Source: Vicugna vicugna (taxonomy: Eukaryota). From it: a DNA stretch of 64,000 nt. Below the pieces are notes generated by a model. The model searched no databases. It had not been told where the DNA came from and saw nothing but the letters and a program-made list of their open reading frames with translations. The stretch spans positions 622,591 to 686,590 of the forward strand of contig MU058039.1 in NCBI GenBank assembly GCA_013265495.1, written 5' to 3'. A program made the translations under genes and the position numbers. Below are positions 11,362 through 23,354 of the stretch, in pieces. Numbering within the stretch: position 1 is the first letter of the stretch; each line of letters starts with the position of its first letter.

Positions 11362-12764
11362 AAAAAAAATCTGACCAAAAGAAATATAGTTAGGTATGTG
11401 AGTTTTATTAGTATAAAGGTTTAACCGATGTGGAACCCCTCCAGTAAGTTTGGATATTGTGTGTGCTGGAATGTTGCTTAAGATTCAGAACAAAGCCTGC
11501 TCCTAAAGAAAAATTTTGGTAGTAGTGGAAAGTATTCAAGAGGGTAATTACTCACTGATTCAGTCTGTGGTAATTTATGGTGACTGCTTCCCTCACGTGT
11601 GTGTACGTGTGTATGTGTGTGTATATGTGTACCCATACTTACTTGGAGGTGAAGGAAGGGCCACAGCCCTTTCACGTGGGTGAAAGGGAATCTTTTGAGT
11701 TGACCCATTGGGCCAGAAAATCCCTTTTCAAATACTGTCTTGTAGCAGCTTTGCTTTTGAGGCCCCTGAGCGCTAGGGGAAAAGGGGTGTGGAGCCTGAC
11801 TGACGTGCCCTGTTGGCTCTAACCCCAGGCACGTGTGACTTTGCCATTGTCTGAAGTCTTTTCTCCCCCCAGGATTTGTACCCCGTGCTGCGTTCCTGTA
11901 GCTCAGCCACCATGATCAGGGCGTGGGTTGGCCAGAATTATTCAGATTTAGACTGATCATCTTCAGGTATTTTTGTTTGCATCCCCTCAAGAGAATTTTG
12001 ATAAGCCATGCCTCCTTGTACATTATAAAGCTAACATCTAAAATAGTTTTATGGTAACATAAGATTTTTCTTATTTGTGGGAGAAAGAAAATAGCACATA
12101 TTTTGTAAGATGAGATAAGATAAAGATTGTAATTGAAATAAATATTCTATGATAGGGTTAGATAAAGTAGGTTTTCACTACTTTATGAAATAAAGCAGGC
12201 AGAATCTAGAAGAAATCAAATTTTTCCCTGGGAATTTTTTTCTGGTGGATTTCAAAAAGTTTGGTGGTCTTGCAAAACATTCCATTTAAATGAATCAAGG
12301 CCACTGACCTGCTTTGACTGTTTGGAATTTAGGAGATCCCAGCATGGGCCAAAATATCCTGTTTTTAAAGCCATGTTTCATATTTAACAGAAATGTGTAT
12401 AAGCCAGGGAAAGACAGGCAAGTCTAGGAGCTTAAGGAACTTTATTATTCATTAAAGACTACTTCCTTGAAACCCGTATTTTGATGCTTTTTGTTGTTTG
12501 GAGCCCTGGAGATTTATATACCCCCTGAACAGTGTCCTTTGGGAAGTGGTGGGCGGTTGTACACTGAGGGATGGACAACTGAGAAGGCGGGCTGATTCGC
12601 AGTCAGATCAATTTTAGGAAAGGAAACCTGTGGCAGTTGAGAATCTGAGCATTGCTTCCCTTAGAGACGTTTGTGCTCTTGAATCCATTGAAAGTCTCCA
12701 TAAACCCCTCGGGAATACACACTCCCAAGCCTGAAGACTCAGCTGAAAGGATCTGGCTGTTCCT

Positions 12765-12931
12765 TTTTTTATATATATAAACTTCATTTCAAATTTAGAG
12801 AGATAGATCATCTTGTTGAGGGGCAGAGGGAGGATTAGGTTGATTTATTTTTGGAGGAGGTACTGGGGATTGAACCCAGGACCTCATGCATGCTAAGTAT
12901 GTACTCTGCCACTTGAGCTATACCCTCCCCC
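12765..12931 (-). mobile_element. tRNA-derived SINE, camelid Vic-1-like, with extended 3' tail
   Basis: Minus strand reads gggggagggtatagctcaagtggcagag...gaggtcctgggttcaatccccagtacctcc; 18-bp TSD with 2 mismatches at 12747-12764 and 12932-12949. Confidence 0.9.
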
Positions 12932-13779
12932 AAGAATCTGGCTGTTTCTAATCTCAGCAGGAAATCTGGAGGTGGGTAGGTTACAGAGATGGTTGACTGG
13001 TTCACCACCACCACGACCATTATCATTGCAGATCCAGTTGATCTTGTCTCCTGGCTCTACATGCTTCTTCCTCTTGTGCACAGTCCCAGCCTGGTCCAGG
13101 GAGTACTTCCACAACCCTGGGCATCCAGGCCAGATAGGATAGTGGGTAAAGGAGAAGGAAGCCAGGCACCTATCTCCAGAAACCCCCCAGCCAGTCTCTT
13201 CTTGCTTCTTGTTGCCCCAACTTAGGCCAGCCTATCTCCTCGAGATCAGTAACAAACTATCATGTTAGTATGTAAAAGCTCAAAACATCACTTCTTAATC
13301 ACTAAACAGTATGGTGGCTAAAACACAGCTGTTATGTGCCTTCACACCATGATTCCTCTCTAGTCAACAACATCGAAACTTGCATCACCTGTGTTGTCCT
13401 TGATCAGCTGTTTTATGTCCACACGAGGTTCTGACCTTCTGATTGTATTAAAGTGTAACCTTGAGACTTTTCTTGCTCATCTTTTTGTTAAAAATGTTGT
13501 AGTGGGTTTTAAAAATTAGGTGAAAACACATCAAGAACTATATACACTCCGTGAGGTTTGAGTATTAACAACCAAAGAGATATTTTACTGGGGAAAAAAA
13601 TGCTAACCTGGAAGACATTCTTTGCAGTGGTACCTGGCTCTTAATAAGCCTTCAATTAATGTTAGTTGTCATACTGGTTGGGTATTTGTTAAAATCTATA
13701 CTACCCCTCTTCCCCTAAAGTAACAATGGTGATAAAGTAGCCATTAAGAAAATGTTTGTTGAGTGAATTAGGGGGAAGC

Positions 13780-14405
13780 ACAGGGTAGTGATTGAACTGA
13801 CAGTATTTAATAGCTCTGGAATTAGACCTAAATTCTGATCCCACCTCTGCCATCTTTTAGCTGTATGTTTTTGAACCAAATCAGGTTATCTGGGCCTTAG
13901 TTAATTTCCTAGTAAAAACAGGATTAACTCAACGGGTACTGAATCAGTAAGGATAGACTAGGTTATGCTGCTGTAACAAATAACCCTAATATCTCAGTGG
14001 CTTAAAAGACAGGGATTGATTTCTCATTAACGTCACATTTTCCTCATGGGTTGGTGGTGTTCTCTGTTCTACCTCATTCTCATTCAGGGACCCAGGTTCT
14101 GTCATCTGGAACATGTTCATTCATGTAAGAAACAGAGAGTAGGGGGTTGTACATCAGCTCTCAGATGATCCCACATGAAACTGACCCACATTGCTTCCGC
14201 TCATATTTCATTGACCACTGCAAGTCTTATGGCCATAGCTAACTTGAGGATGGTGGGGAAGTGCAGTCCTACTCTGTGCCTGAAAGGTGAATCAAAACTA
14301 ATACAATTGCCAAGAGGTTTTATTAAGATAAATTTGTGAAGCATTTAGCACTCTGTCAGATTTTAAGTAGGAACTGTCAGTGCTATTTTGTTGTGGTTGA
14401 TGATG
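13780..14405 (+). mobile_element. MIR split by an LTR insertion
   Basis: MIR 5' half 13780-13940; MIR 3' half (tgtgaagcatttagca...) ~14310-14405. Confidence 0.6.
13940..14305 (-). mobile_element. MaLR MLT1-like LTR
   Basis: taggttatgctgctgtaacaaataaccctaatatctcagtggcttaa; ttccgctcatatttcattgacc. Confidence 0.75.
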
Positions 14406-14809
14406 ATAGGAGAATAAGTGATTATTATTCTCATCCTGCAAATTGCAGTGGAGTCTGGTGGGTGAGCTTGGTGACTAAGGTGCTGGCTTGGGTTCCAAAG
14501 TCAGTTCCACTACTTGCTAACCCTGTTATTGAAGAGTGGTTATAGTAATCTCCTGGGGACAAGGAGATTTGAAGTTCATGAATGGAAGGGATCAGTCCAG
14601 AGCCTGTGTTGGACAGAAACAAAAGTTGTTGGTTACTGTTGTTGTCACCAGTGTAGTTTCATTAGCTGGCCTTGAATTATCCTGCAGAGAATCAGTTTAA
14701 GATTAGGTATCCAGTTCTTTCCTGTCTCTTTACTCCTATTTGCTCTACCCATACACTACAAGTTTTGATGTGTCATTTCTCATGAATCATTCATTTCTAA
14801 ATGATTGGC

Positions 14810-16790
14810 AATTTTTAAATATTTTTATCAAGGTATAACTTTTTGTACCTGGCTTCTTTCATTTAGCAATTTTTTTTTATATTCTTCATGTTATATAGTA
14901 TATGTCACTCCTTTTGTTGCTGAATAGTATTCTGTTGTATGGATATACCACCACATTTTGTTTATCCATTCACTGGTTGATGGATATTTGGATTGTTTCC
15001 AGTGTTGGGCTATTATGACTAATGCTTTTAGGAACATATGCATACAAGTCTTTGTGTGGATATATGTTTTCCCTTCTACCCAGGAGTGGAATTTCTGGGT
15101 CACTGGGTAACTCTGTTTAACTTCATAAGACACTGCCAAATTATTTTCCAAAGTGACTACACCATTTTACAGTCCCACCAGTGATGTATTGAGAATTACA
15201 GTTTTTCCATATTCTCACCAACATTTGTTCTTATAGCCATCGTAGTGGATGGGCAGTGGTATCTCATTGTGGTTTTGATTCACATTTCCCTAATGACTTA
15301 AGGTGATCATCTTTTTCTGTGCTTATCTCCTTGGGTGAAATGTATCTTCAAATCTTTTGCTTGTTTCTTAATCTTTTCTTATTGGGTTGTAAGAGTTCTT
15401 TTTGTGTTCTGGATAACAGTCACTCACCAGATATATAATTTGCAAATAATTTCTTCCAGACTGTGATTGGTCTTTTCATTTTCCTAATGATGTCTTTTGA
15501 AGTGCAGAACTTTTAAGTTTTGGTAGAATCAAGTTTATCAACTTGTTCTTTTATGGAACCTGCTTTTGTGTCATGTCAAAGAACTCTTTACCTAATCTAG
15601 TATCACAAAGATTTTTTAAATTTTTTTTCCTAGAAGTTTCATACTTTTAGTGTAATCTTACTTTTAGGTCTGTAATCCATTTTGACATCATTTTTGTGCA
15701 TTATGTGAGGAAAGGGTCTAAATTTATCCTTTTGCATGTGACTATCCAATTGTCGCTTATTTGTTGGGAAAAAAGTATGTTACCCCATTGAATTGGGGTG
15801 GCACTTTTGTTGAAAATCAGTTGACTGTTCATGTAAGGGTATATTTCTGGGCTCTCAGTTCTGATCCATTAATCTAAATTTATATTTACAGATGTTAAAC
15901 CAACCTTGCATTCCTGGGATAAATTCCTCTTGGTCATGTTACTGGATTTAGTTTGCTAACATTTGTTGAGGGTTTTGGTGTGTATATTCACGAGTCGTAT
16001 TGGTATATAGTTGGTTTGTTATTTTTATGATGTCTTTATCTGGTTTTGGTATCAAGGTAATACTGGCTTCATAAGCATGAGTTGGAAGTGTCCCCTCTTA
16101 CATGTTTTTTGAAGATTTGTGAGGAATTGGTATTATATCTTCTGTAAGCCTTTCATAGACTTCACCAGTGGAGCCACATACCACAATTTTTTCATCCATT
16201 CATTCATTCATAAACACTTGGGTTGTTTCCATATCTTGGCTATATAAATAATGCTGCAGTGAACATGGCAGTGGATACATCTTTTGGAGTTAGTATTTTT
16301 GTCTCTTTGGATAAATACCCAGAAATGGAGTTGCTGGATCTTATGGTAGTTCTGTTTTTAATTTTTTGAGAAACTATCATACTCTCAGTTTCATTGATCT
16401 CTTCTTTGTCCTTTAATGTTTGTTTTTTTTCTGGATGCATCAAGTTTAGTTTGCTCTTCTGTTTCTAGTTTCTTCAGGTGAAAGCTTAAGTTATTGATTT
16501 GAACTCTTCTTTTCTAATGCAGGCATTTAAAGCTATAAATTTTATTTTAAATACTGCTTTAGGAGTAACTGCATCCTATAAATGTTGGTATGTTGTGTTT
16601 CTGTTACATTCAGTTCAAAATATTTTTTTATTTCCCTTGTGATTTCTTCTTTGACTTATGAATTATTTAAAAGAATCTTGTTTAATGTAAATATTTGGAG
16701 GTTAACCAGATTTTCTTTCTGTTGTTGATTTTCAGTTTAATTCCACTGTGATGGAATAATATTCTTTGTATCATTTCAGTCCTTTAAAAA
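14810..16790 (-). mobile_element. L1M fragments (3' UTR, ORF2 C-terminus and upstream ORF2 pieces)
   Basis: ORF 14891-15151 KTCMHMFLKALVIIAQHWKQSKYPSTSEWINKMWWYIHTTEYYSA matches the L1 ORF2 C-terminus; includes a separate L1 piece at ~16178-16383. Confidence 0.9.
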
Positions 16791-16849
16791 TTTTTTTATT
16801 TTGGAAAAAAATAATTTAAGTGTCATGAGAAAATGAAAAATACCATGGG

Positions 16850-18035
16850 TGGGACAAATGGATATCTACATGCAGAAGAATGAAGTTAGATCCTTACCTC
16901 ACACCATATACAAAATTTCCTCAGAATAGATTATAGGCCTAAATGTAAGAGCTAAAACTATAAAACTTTTAGGAGAAAACATAAGAGTATGTCTTCATGA
17001 CCTTGGGATACGTAGTGGTTTCTTAGATACTGTGACACCCAAAGTACAAGCAACAAAGGAAAATATATACATATTGGACTTCATCAAAATAATATTTTGT
17101 GTATGATTCAAAGGACATAATCAAGAATGTAAAACCACAGACCATAGAATGGAAGAAGATATTTGCAACTCATATCTCATAAGCGACTTATGTCCAGAAT
17201 TTACAAAGAACTCTTACAACTTGACAACATAAAAATGAACAACCCAAATTAAAAATGGGCAAAAGATTTGAATGGGTATTTCTCCCCTAAAGATATACAA
17301 ATGGCCTATAAACACATGAAAAGATGCTCAATATCATTAGTCATTAGGGTAATTCTAATCAAAACCACCATGAGATTCCACTTCGCTAGAATGGCTGTAA
17401 CAAAAAAGATGGGCAATAACAAGTATTGGCAAGGATGTGGGGAAACTGGAACCCTCATATATGGCTGGTGGGATTGTACAATGGTATAGCCCATTTGGAA
17501 AAGTTTGGTAGTTCCTTAAAAAGTTATGCCAATTTACTGTATGACCCAACAATTCCACTCCTAAGTATATACCCAAGATAAATACAAACATATGTCTACA
17601 CAGTAACTTATGCACAGATGTTCATAGTAGCATTATTTTTAGTAGCCAGAAAGTAGAAACAACCCCAAATGTCTGTTAACTGGTGACAGGTTAAATAAAA
17701 TGTGACATATAAACACAACAGTATATTATTCTGTCATAGAAAGGATTGAAGTATGATAAATACCACAGTATGGATGAATTGGAAACATTATGGCAAATGA
17801 AGAAAACCAGCACAGAAAACCACATATTGTATGATTCCATTTATATGAAATGTTCAGAGTAAGCAAATCTGTAGACTGAAGGTAGATTAGTGTTTGCCTA
17901 GGCTGGAAATGGTAGGAGGGTGGAATGAGAAGTCATTGCTTTTATTTTTGAGGTGATGAAAATTTTCTAAGTTTAGGTTGTGGTGATGGGTTGCACAACT
18001 CTGAATGTACTAAAAACCATCGAATTGTTCATAAC
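16850..18035 (+). mobile_element. L1MB-like fragment (ORF2 C-terminal part and 3' UTR)
   Basis: ORF 17268-17489 FSPKDIQMAYKHMKRCSISLVIR...KYWQGCGETGTLIYGWWDC matches the L1 ORF2 Cys-rich domain; L1MB-type UTR ggtgatgaaaattttctaag...ggttgcacaactctg. Confidence 0.9.
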
Positions 18036-18039
18036 AGTG

Positions 18040-20400
18040 AAATTCATTCATTCACATTTGATGTAATTATTGGTATATTTGAATTAACATCTGTCTTTTT
18101 GCTATTTGTTTTCTGTATGTCTTATGTCTTACTTTTACCCTCTGTTCCTCCTTTACTACCTTCTTTCTGGTAAGTATTTCCTGGTGTTTTAATTCCTTTG
18201 GGTTTTTAAAAATGCTTTTTCTTGTTATTTCTTTAGTAGGTCTCTAGGGCTTACAAGATGCATCTTAATTTATCACAGTCTACTTTGATTAATACTAAAG
18301 CTTAGTTCCAGTTAAATATAGAAACTTGGCTCTAATACAGAACCATTTCCTCTTCCCTTTTTTGTGTTATTATTGTCATATATATTTCTATATGTTCTAA
18401 ACTCCATGGTACAGTTTCATAATTATTTTATGAAATCTTAACATCTTTTAAATCAGTCAAGGGAAGAGAAGAAAAAATATTCATTTGGTCTTTTATATTT
18501 ACGATTTAACTTTTCTGGTATTCTTTGTTTCTTCTTGTCTGTGTTACCATATGGTGTCTTTTCCTTTCACCATAAAGGACATCCTGTAGTATTTCTTACA
18601 AATCGAATCTAGTAGCAGTGAATTCTTTTTGTCTGGGAATTCCTTTTATTTCACCTTGATTTTTTTGAAGGATAGTTTTGCTGGAAATAGAATTTTTATT
18701 TGAGAGGATTTTCTTTTTTTCAGCATTTTGAAACTGTTATCCTGATGCCTTTTGGCCTTCATTATTTTTGGTGGAAAATGAGCTGTTGATTGTGTTGATG
18801 CTTGCTGTGCATGATGACCTGTTTCCCTCTTCCTACTTTAAAGATTTTCTCGTCTTTGTCTTTCACCAGCTTATGTGCATCTAGATGTGGCTGTCTTTTT
18901 ATCCTGTGTAGAGTTTGTTGGACTTGTTGGACATGTAGACTAATGTTTTTCATCAAATCTGAGATGTTACTTAGATTTTTTTCCCTTGCTGTTTCCCAGG
19001 CTCTTCTGGGGCTTCCATTATGTCTATGTTAATTTCCTTAATGGTATTCCACGTGTCTCTGAGATTCCGTTTAGTTTTATTCATTTTTTCCCTTTTATTG
19101 TTGTTTCAGATTGTGTAAGTTTTGTGATCCATATTTAAGCTCACTGGTTATTTCTTCTGCCATTTCAAATCTGTCGCTGCCCTCAAGTGAATTTTTCATT
19201 GCAGTTATGAGTTTCAACTTTAGAAGTTCCTTATTAAAAAACTGTTTTCTTTGTTGTCTCTACTTTTATTCTTTAAACATAATTTCCTTTGGTTTATTAA
19301 CATGTTTATAGTAGCTATTTGAAGTCTTTGTCAATTTTCAATTAACTGCTTCTTTCCCTAAGTATGGGTCACACGTACAATTTCTTTATGTGTGAAAATT
19401 TTTTTGTTGAGAGCTGCACATTTTAGAACATATATTGTAGCAATTCTGGATTCTGATTTCTCCTTCCACAGGCCATTGTTGTTATTTTTTTGTTTTGTTT
19501 GTTTAATGACTTTCCTGGGCTAATTCTTTGGAGTCTCTTGCCTGTGGCACAAAGACACATGTCTCTGCTCTTAAAAAAAAAAAAGAGAGAGAGAGAGAGA
19601 AAAGAAAAAAGTCTTGTCTTAATTTTAAGCATTAGTTATAAGGGGTTGCCCCTGAGCCAGTAAGGCTTCCATCCTTCGCCCATCCGTGTGTGGGTTGGGG
19701 AATATTTTCAGAATTCGAGCAGTCTGTGAATCTGCCCCAGTTACTGCTTTGTGCCTAGCTGTCTGGTGTCTTGTTTGCACACTCTGAAAGCCTCATGTTC
19801 AGTCAGGGATGTGTGGATAGCTAAGGCTCTCTCCCGTCTCTCTGGAGCTCATGTACAGCCTTGTATATACATCCATTCTTCCAGACCACTGGGGATACAC
19901 GGGAGCTTACCCAGGCCCAGTAGGGCTGTCTCAGCCTCTGGATCTTCCTGTGGAATTCCTGGATCGCTTGCAGGTCTGTCACTTCCTCCACCCAGAGTGT
20001 AACCATGATCCAGCTGGGATGGTGGTCTTTCCCATTCGTTTGCCCCTGAGACCACTGCCGTCTCAACAATGCCCAGGGGTGTGGGGTTTTTCCTTGCCCC
20101 TCGCAGTTCAGTCAGCCCTGCCGGCAGCCAAGTTTTCATGGCTTACTCTGCTTTGGTTAAACTGTAGCACAGATGGAGCATGCAATGGGAGCAACCCAAG
20201 TCAAACAGCACACGCTGCCACTGTTCTTACTCAGAGTTCAGTAATTTTTCTTGAATAAATGCTTCTCAGGTTATTGTATGCCTTTTGTTGATTTCCAGTG
20301 TCCTCCGATGGTTTGTGTTTGACAGTTTTGTCCAGTTTTTTCCATTGTTTTTTGGGAGAGAGTTTTCTGAGCTCCTCATTTCACCGCTTTAGAAGTTTGG
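18040..20400 (-). mobile_element. L1M 5' region (ORF1 and 5' UTR remnant)
   Basis: ORF 18762-18956 LHVQQVQQTLHRI...KLVKDKDEKIFKVGRGK resembles L1 ORF1 (QIQEAQRTPNRI...KDKEKILKAAREK); GC-richer 5' UTR-like part at 19.6-20.4 kb. Confidence 0.75.
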
Positions 20401-20479
20401 TTGGCACTTTTGGCTTCTGATTTCCTCTTTAACTTAAGACATACCCAGAAGTATTTACAAATTTGCAAATTCCAATTAT

Positions 20480-20915
20480 GTAACCCTGGCTATACATTCT
20501 GATCCACTGGAGAACTTTTAGAATTGTTTCCTACATTTTACTTTTTATTATGAACAATTGCAAACATGTAGAAGTAGAGCGTGTATTGTCTCGTCATGAC
20601 CCATCTTGTCTCGTTCTGATTTTGCCTTCCCCGACTCATTATTTTGAAGCATCATATCCTTCACCCACAGATATTTCAGTACCTAGTTCTAACAGGAGAA
20701 GGTCACTTTAAAAAAACATAATCACAATATCATTAGTACAGCTAAAATAATTATTAGTAATTGCTTAGTATCGTCAAATAGACTTGGGGAACTTTGAAAA
20801 ATAAGATGCCCAGTCCAATGAAATCAGACTCCCTGGGGGTGAGGTCTGGGCGTCCAGAGATAGTATTAAGCCCCTCAGGGAATTGTGACATGCCCCTGAC
20901 GTTGAGAACCATTGA
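20480..20915. mobile_element. MER5-like DNA element interrupted by an L1MC-like fragment (~20530-20780)
   Basis: aaccctggctatacatt...ggagaacttt | L1MC piece | gggaactttgaaaaataagatgccc...gttgagaaccattg. Confidence 0.6.
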
Positions 20916-22629
20916 GTTTAGATTTCTCTATCCTTTTCCAAAATTGTGTTCATTTCTGATTTAAATGCACTGAGGTCAGCACATTGTGATAGGAAATTCT
21001 CTTTGGAGGAATTTGAGAATTTTCTTAACACAGGATCAGTTTTTATGAATATTCAATGGATATTTTATAAAGAATGAATCTCATGTTTTCTGGTAAAGAG
21101 TGTTATATAAAACTTTAAAACCAAGTTGCTAATTTGTGTTATTCAAGTTCTCTCTAGCCTTTTTTTGGGCCACTTTATCAGTTGTTGCTCTCCTGAAAGA
21201 AGTGTGTGTGTATTTCCCACAGTGATTATTATTTTGTCAGTTCTTATATTTCTAAAGGTTATTATCTTAACATTTAGATTCACATTTCCCTCATAACTTT
21301 TTGCCGTGAAAAGTTGAGGAAAACAACAACATACTCTCTCCTACCCACCCCCAGTTCCTGCATTCCCAGATCCTTAATTGTAGTTGGAATGTTTTCTGAT
21401 GTCATCAAATGGGGTGACCATAAATGCCATTCTGTAATGGGCCCTGTCTCTCCAAGGTTCCTGTGAGGGACCCAGCCTTCGACTGTGTCTCAGTATGTCT
21501 GGACATTGCCCACTCCTACCCACCTCAAAGCTGAGTTTCTGATTGTTGTGCACGGTTGGCACTTTGGGGAAATGTGCACATTGGAAACAGCAAGCTGTGA
21601 TTGAACACCTGATTTTGCACAGCCCGGGTGTGCTGGGCTAGCTCTCCACCTGCTCTGTTAGTACCATTTGGTCTAGACACAGAGCCCCCCCCCGTTACTC
21701 CCCTGCTGTGTGATCCATGGCTCACTATTTTTCCCGAAATAAGTGCTAATTGGTTTTCAATTCCACTTGGACTTTAATGCTGCCCACTCCAGCCTTGGTC
21801 CAAAACATGGATCTATTTGAAGAAATGCTCCTTATTTGGAGGAATCAGCATTGCAAGGAGCTGGCAGGCTTTGCCATTCTCAGCTTGCCACAGTGGCCAT
21901 GGGCCTCTGCCAGACACATGTGCCTCTGCCAGACACATGTGCCACCCTGCTTGGGCTCAGCAAGGGATGTTATGCAGAGACGTGTTCACAATGGCAAGGA
22001 CAGGTTTAGACAGAGCTCCTTTTCCTCACGTGTGGAGAGCGACCAGGCCTTGGTTCATCAGGGCTGGAGGAATGTCATTCGACCAGCTTGAAGTGGCAGT
22101 CGTGGACTCTGGATCTGGGATCCAAGAGCGTTCCTGTGTCTTCTGGACAACTCCTGCCAGAGGCCCACCTCCTTCCGTGTCGCCCATCTGGGCTGGCTCT
22201 GTTCTCCAGTCTGCTGCGGAAGAGGCTGGATCATGATCATGTCATGCCAGCCATCTGGGGTGGGGCGGTGACTTTGATCTGCCTCCACCCTTTTCTCTGG
22301 TGTTTTCTTCTGCTCAGATTATGGTCCAGGATTGTCCCACTTCTGTGCCGCATCCAGAGGCCTGCACCTCTGCAGCCGGTCTCTCGTTCTCCTCACCTGC
22401 CTAGGCACTGGGGCAGTGGGGGGCAGATGTCAGTTGTGCAGATGGAGAACTGGGGCACATAGAGGACCCAGGACTTTTCTAGAACCCAGGGTGGGGGTGC
22501 GGAGCAGTTCCCACAAGGCTGGAAAAACAGTACGGTAGGTGGAAACATGGCCTCCCAAGGTAGACAGCTACTGGCTGGGGAATTTGGTGCAGGTGACCAT
22601 ACCCCTCTAGACCTCTGGTTCCTTTTCAC

Positions 22630-23078
22630 AGTATTAGTTTGCACAGCTGTCATAACCAAGTACCACGAACACCCCATGGCTTAAACAACTAAAATATATC
22701 ATCCCACAATTCTAGAGGCTAGAAGTCCAAGATCAAGGTGTTGGCAGGGCTGACTTTTTCTGAGGGCCACAAGGAAGCGTCTGTTCCTTGCTTCCCTCCT
22801 AGCTCCTGGCAGCTTGCTGACAATCTTTGGCATTCATTGGCTTCTGCTGCATCACTTTGATCTGTCTTCATCTTCATGTAGTGTTCTCCCTGCGTGTATG
22901 TCTATGTCCAGATTTCCCCTTCTTATAAGGACATCAGTTACACTAGATCGGGGCCCACCCTGTTCCAGTATAACTTCATTCTAACTTAACTCTATCTCCA
23001 AATAAGATCACATTCTGAGGTACTGAATATTAGGAATTCAGCATGTGAATTTTGGAGGGACACAATTCAACCCATGCC
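22630..23078 (-). mobile_element. MaLR MLT1B/C-like solo LTR, inserted in a MIR
   Basis: gtattagtttgcacagctgtcataaccaagtaccac...ttctagaggctagaagtccaagatcaaggtg...ggagggacacaattcaaccc; MIR resumes at 23080-23200. Confidence 0.85.
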
Positions 23079-23354
23079 AGGAAAAAGCAGTAATAATACT
23101 ACCCATGCACTAGGGTTGTTAGGTTATTAATTCATACAAGTAAAGCACTTAGCTCAGTTCCTGTCACATAGTAAGTGCTCAGTAAATGTTAGTCTTTTTA
23201 ATGGGTTCTGATGACCTCATCTCTCAGTGACGGTATTGAAGTAGCCTCCTAATTGGCTCACTGCTTCTACTCTTACGTCCTCCGTCCAAATACGGAAATA
23301 AAGTCATGTTATACCACATGTGTAAACTGTTAGTGGTTTCCCATTTCTAGCGAT

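Noticed and set aside
16790..18035. Twin-priming inversion of a single L1
   Set aside because: The short minus-strand stub at ~16790-16845 does not match the missing end of the plus-strand L1MB-like copy and no TSD was found; independent insertions are more likely
21411..21520. Possible hAT-Blackjack MITE (ggggtgaccat... terminus)
   Set aside because: The second terminal inverted repeat is too degenerate to call without a database search
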